A DNA stretch of 64,000 bases from Candidatus Dormiibacterota bacterium. GTDB lineage: Bacteria; Chloroflexota; Dormibacteria; Aeolococcales; Aeolococcaceae. Each line of letters opens with the position of its first letter. Position 1 is the stretch's first letter. The translations under genes and the position numbers were made by a program. Positions 61,041 through 64,000 of this stretch are shown here, one piece after another. The stretch is from positions 84,320-148,319 of the forward strand of contig CAVPXI010000014.1 in the NCBI GenBank assembly GCA_963709585.1. The letters are read 5' to 3'. The notes under the pieces were generated by a model. It worked only from the letters and a program-made list of their open reading frames with translations. It searched no databases and was not told the origin of the DNA.

Positions 61041-63372
61041 GTGAACCCTCTCCTCCGCCACGACTGGCGGGAACGTTCTCGTTTCACCTCGTTTCTCCTC
61101 CTGCTTCCGATGGTCGTTGTGGCCGGGGCGTCGATCGGGGGAACTCGCCGTGAACAATTCGGCGTCGACAGCGGCGCAGCGAACGGACTCGATCGACGTG
61201 CAGTTGGTGAACGTCCGAGAGCATCTGCGCGACGCCGCTGTCAGTGGCACTGCGTTTCTGGTCAGTCACGTCGCCCAGGACGCCGCCGGGCTGACCTCCG
61301 CAGGGCACGAGGTGGATGTCGAGCTCGCCGCCTTGAAGTCCTCCGCTGATCTGACCCCTCCCGAGGAGTCGGCCCTCGCTGTGGTCCTGCGCGCATGGCG
61401 CGTGACCGACGCTTCGCGCCTCGACGTGCTGGCGAGTGGGGCAGCGAGTGCATCGGCCGTCCAGGTGATTCTGCGGCCGGTGTTTGAACAGGAGATGAAC
61501 ACGTCGTTGACGGAGGTCACGTCGCAGCTCACCACACTCGACGGCCTTATTGCAGCCGACGTGACCGCCCGGCGGCATGCGCGCGACACCACGCAGACCG
61601 TGTCCACGGTTGCCATCGCGGTGGCGATCATGATCGGATTCGTGGCCGCGCTCTGGCTCTTGCACCAGCTCAAGGAGCGACAAGAGACCGTGCGCCGGCG
61701 GGAACGGCGGCTGTCGGCTCTGGTCGAGCATGCCAGTGATGGGATCCTGGTGGTCGACGGAAGCGGTCAGGTCACGTTCGTGACCCCGTCGTTCAACCAG
61801 GAGTTCTTTGGGAGGACGGCTGCGACGACTTTCGAAGGGATGATTCACCCCGAAGATCGCGATCATGCCGCAAAGGCATGGCAACGCGTGACGTCCGGCG
61901 GCGAGGGCACAGTGAGTGAGGTGGAGGCACGCCTCCTGCGCCTGGACGGCGAATGGCGTCACGCCTGGGTGAAGCTGACCAATCGGCTTGGTGACCCCGG
62001 AGTCGATGGGATCGTCCTCAATGTCACCGATGTCAGCGACCGCCACGAGTTTGAGAAGACGCTGACTCACCAGGCTCTTCACGACGCCTTGACCGGTCTT
62101 CCCAACCGCGAGCTGCTCCGCCACAGGATGGAGCGCGCAAACGCCACTGCCGCGCAGCAGGAACACAGTGTCCTGTACCTGGACTGCGACGACTTCAAGC
62201 GCATCAATGACACGTTCGGCCATGCAGCCGGCGATCAATATCTTGTGGAAGTGAGTCGAAGGTTCGTCGCGTCCGTCCGCCCTGAGGACACAGTTGCGCG
62301 TCTCGGTGGAGACGAGGTCGCCATTCTGCTCGAGAGCACGGGCGCCGAGGGCGTCAGTCTTGCCGCCAAACGGATCGTCGGCGCGATGGGCCTTCCAGTT
62401 GTCATCGCGGGAAAGGCGGTGCATCCCACCGCCAGCATCGGCGTGGCATCAAGTCAACCAGGCGCCCTCCACCCCGAGACGCTTCTGGCCGCCGCGGATC
62501 TGGCGATGTACTTCGCCAAGCGCGGCGGTAAGGGCGGTTACTGCGTGTTCGCCGAACAGATGCGCACAGACCTGGTGGATCGGCTCGAGCTCGGTGAGGA
62601 CCTGCGCCAGGCCGTCGAAGCCACCACCCTCCAAGTGGAGTACCAGCCCGTCATCGACCTGCGGACCGGCAGCATCATCGGGGCGGAGGCGCTGGCTCGG
62701 TGGCATCACGCTTCGCGCGGCTGGGTGGCCCCGACACGTTCATCCCTCTCGCAGAAGAACTCGGCTTGGTTGAACGCATCGACCAGTGGGTCCTGCGTGA
62801 GGCATGCACAAGGGGACGTTCGTGGATCGAGGGTGGGCTGCACCAGTTCAAGATGGCCGTCAACCTTTCAGGCCGTGACCTGGAGCATCCGGACCTGGTC
62901 GAACAGATCGCCCGCATCCTCCACGAGACCGGGTTTCCCGCGCGCCAATTGGAGATCGAGCTGACCGAAGGGGTGGCGATCAACGAGTTCGAGCGGTGCC
63001 GAGGCGGCATTGGAGGCGCTCCAAGCTCTCGGGATTCACCTCGCGATCGACGACTTCGGCACGGGGTATTCAGCACTATCCCGCCTGCGCAACCTCCCAT
63101 TCGACCAGCTGAAGGTCGACAAGGCTTTCGTGGACGACATCGACCTGCCTCACCGGGGGCCACTTCTTGTCGACACCATCCTCGAGATGGCCCACGTGCT
63201 GGGACTTGACGTGGTGGCGGAGGGGGTTGAGACCACCACCCAAGCTGATTATCTGAGGAAGCGAGGATGTGACTTCGCCCAGGGATTCCTGTTCAATCGA
63301 CCGATGGGCCATGCTGAATTGACGCTCCTTCTGAAACGTCAGCAACCCGGGGTCCTCGCTCTACCTGCCTGA
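61041..63372 (+). pseudogene. membrane sensor with PAS, GGDEF and EAL domains; up to three apparent frameshifts
   Basis: ORF 61117..62964 carries a TM helix, PAS (LVEHASDGILVVDGSGQVTFVTPSF), GGDEF (RLGGDEVAILL) and the start of EAL (GAEALARWHH). EAL continues in ORF 62700..63209 (PDTFIPLAEELGLVERIDQW...) and ORF 63010..63372 (LEALQALGIHLAIDDFGTGYS...EGVETTTQ). Switches occur at the C4 run 62729-62732 and at about 62988-62998. A possible first TM helix in ORF 61041..61349 is joined through the G5 run at 61137-61141. Confidence 0.8.
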
Positions 63373-63709
63373 CGACTTCAGCCGGGCGCAGAGCGGCCCC
63401 TCCCAACGGCTGCCCGACGTAGTCGGCGTAGTTCACGTCAATCCACTCCGGCTCACCGTCGAGATACTCGAGTTGCTTACGGTAGTCGGTGTCGGTCTCG
63501 GGTCGATCGGCATTCGCCATATAGCTTTCGCGATTTTTGAAGCGAACGATCATCATGATCCGATCCGGATCCTTGTCCTCCCAGGCGACTTCGTACGAAT
63601 GCATTCCGTGGCCATAGTCCTCGGCACTGGGCACCATCTCCCGCAGCACCTTCTCGTACTCCGCGCGACGGCCTGGCTTGACCTTCGCCCGCATGATGGT
63701 TCCGTACAT
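63293..63709 (-). CDS. antibiotic-biosynthesis-monooxygenase (ABM, dimeric alpha+beta barrel) family protein
   Basis: MYGTIMRAKVKPGRRAEYEKVLREMVP...RIMMIVRFKNRESYMANADRPE is typical of small ABM-fold proteins. The last roughly 30 codons overlap the EAL gene convergently, so the true C-terminus is uncertain. Confidence 0.65.
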   Translation of the reverse strand: MYGTIMRAKVKPGRRAEYEKVLREMVPSAEDYGHGMHSYEVAWEDKDPDRIMMIVRFKNRESYMANADRPETDTDYRKQLEYLDGEPEWIDVNYADYVGQPLGGAALRPAEVVRQVERGPRVADVSEGASIQHGPSVD

Positions 63710-63812
63710 CGCTCTCCTCCACGTATGCCCGCAAGGGCCGAACCGTCAAGGGAAGTATGCGCAGCGTGTCAGCGGTTGGATAGGCCGCTCCAGTTCGCAT
63801 CGCGACCCGCCT

Positions 63813-64000
63813 CTAGGGCCGGTGCCGGCCCTTCGAAACTGCCTGATGCATGCGCACCGAAAGGAGTTGCATCACGAGCGACTTGGGAAGCGGCGTGTCG
63901 ACGCGAAACTGCAGCGTTCCCTTCGTCGTCATGTACGAGGTTGCCTCATCGAGCTCCGCTGTGACCGACCCGCTATGCGGGAAATAGCTCAAGTGATTCT
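63813..64000 (-). CDS. C-terminal fragment of a DUF1801/YdhG-like protein (gene starts beyond the window end)
   Basis: Own translation of the minus strand: ...NHLSYFPHSGSVTAELDEATSYMTTKGTLQFRVDTPLPKSLVMQLLSVRMHQAVSKGRHRP*. KGTLQF...PLPK...L is the usual DUF1801 C-terminal pattern. Confidence 0.45.
   Translation of the reverse strand, partial: NHLSYFPHSGSVTAELDEATSYMTTKGTLQFRVDTPLPKSLVMQLLSVRMHQAVSKGRHRP

Overview
This is a high-GC chromosomal segment (roughly two-thirds G+C by eye, not computed), densely coding on both strands, with actinobacterium-like gene content. I saw no rRNA, tRNA, CRISPR array, transposase or integrase. Content from left to right: CoxS/CoxL-type molybdoenzyme subunits; a polar amino-acid ABC importer; DoxX; two MFS exporters; mgsA; a GntR regulator. 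Next comes a sugar ABC system (MsiK-like ATPase, two permeases, divergent binding protein), then a methyltransferase. A haem-copper oxidase operon follows (cupredoxin-like ORF, ctaC, ctaD, subunit-III-like/CtaG fusion, TlpA-like redoxin, ctaB). After it come TauE/SafE; an Fe(III)-type ABC importer with a membrane protein; a secreted alpha/beta hydrolase; and a C39-like peptidase/IPT/repeat protein. The dominant feature is a co-directional minus-strand glycan-assembly locus of about 20 kb (33362-53338). It encodes a sugar oxidoreductase, aminotransferase and acetyltransferase, a priming phosphoglycosyl transferase, a MurJ/Wzx-type flippase and a Wzy/O-antigen-ligase-like protein. It also encodes a Wzz/BY-kinase-like protein without tyrosines, a histidine-phosphatase-family protein, a GT4, a sulfotransferase-like ORF and a CE4 deacetylase. 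It ends in a secreted protein of about 2,500 aa with three CE4-like domains, a purple-acid-phosphatase-like domain and 14 tandem 93-aa modules. A 10 x 10-bp tandem array lies upstream of the locus. Beyond it are three secreted Cys-rich proteins (two are paralogs), an aldo/keto reductase, a PAS-GGDEF-EAL protein and an ABM-fold protein. Main caveat: I count about 14 apparent single-base frameshifts in nine otherwise intact genes, including ctaD. All pseudogene labels are therefore provisional and may reflect assembly indel errors.
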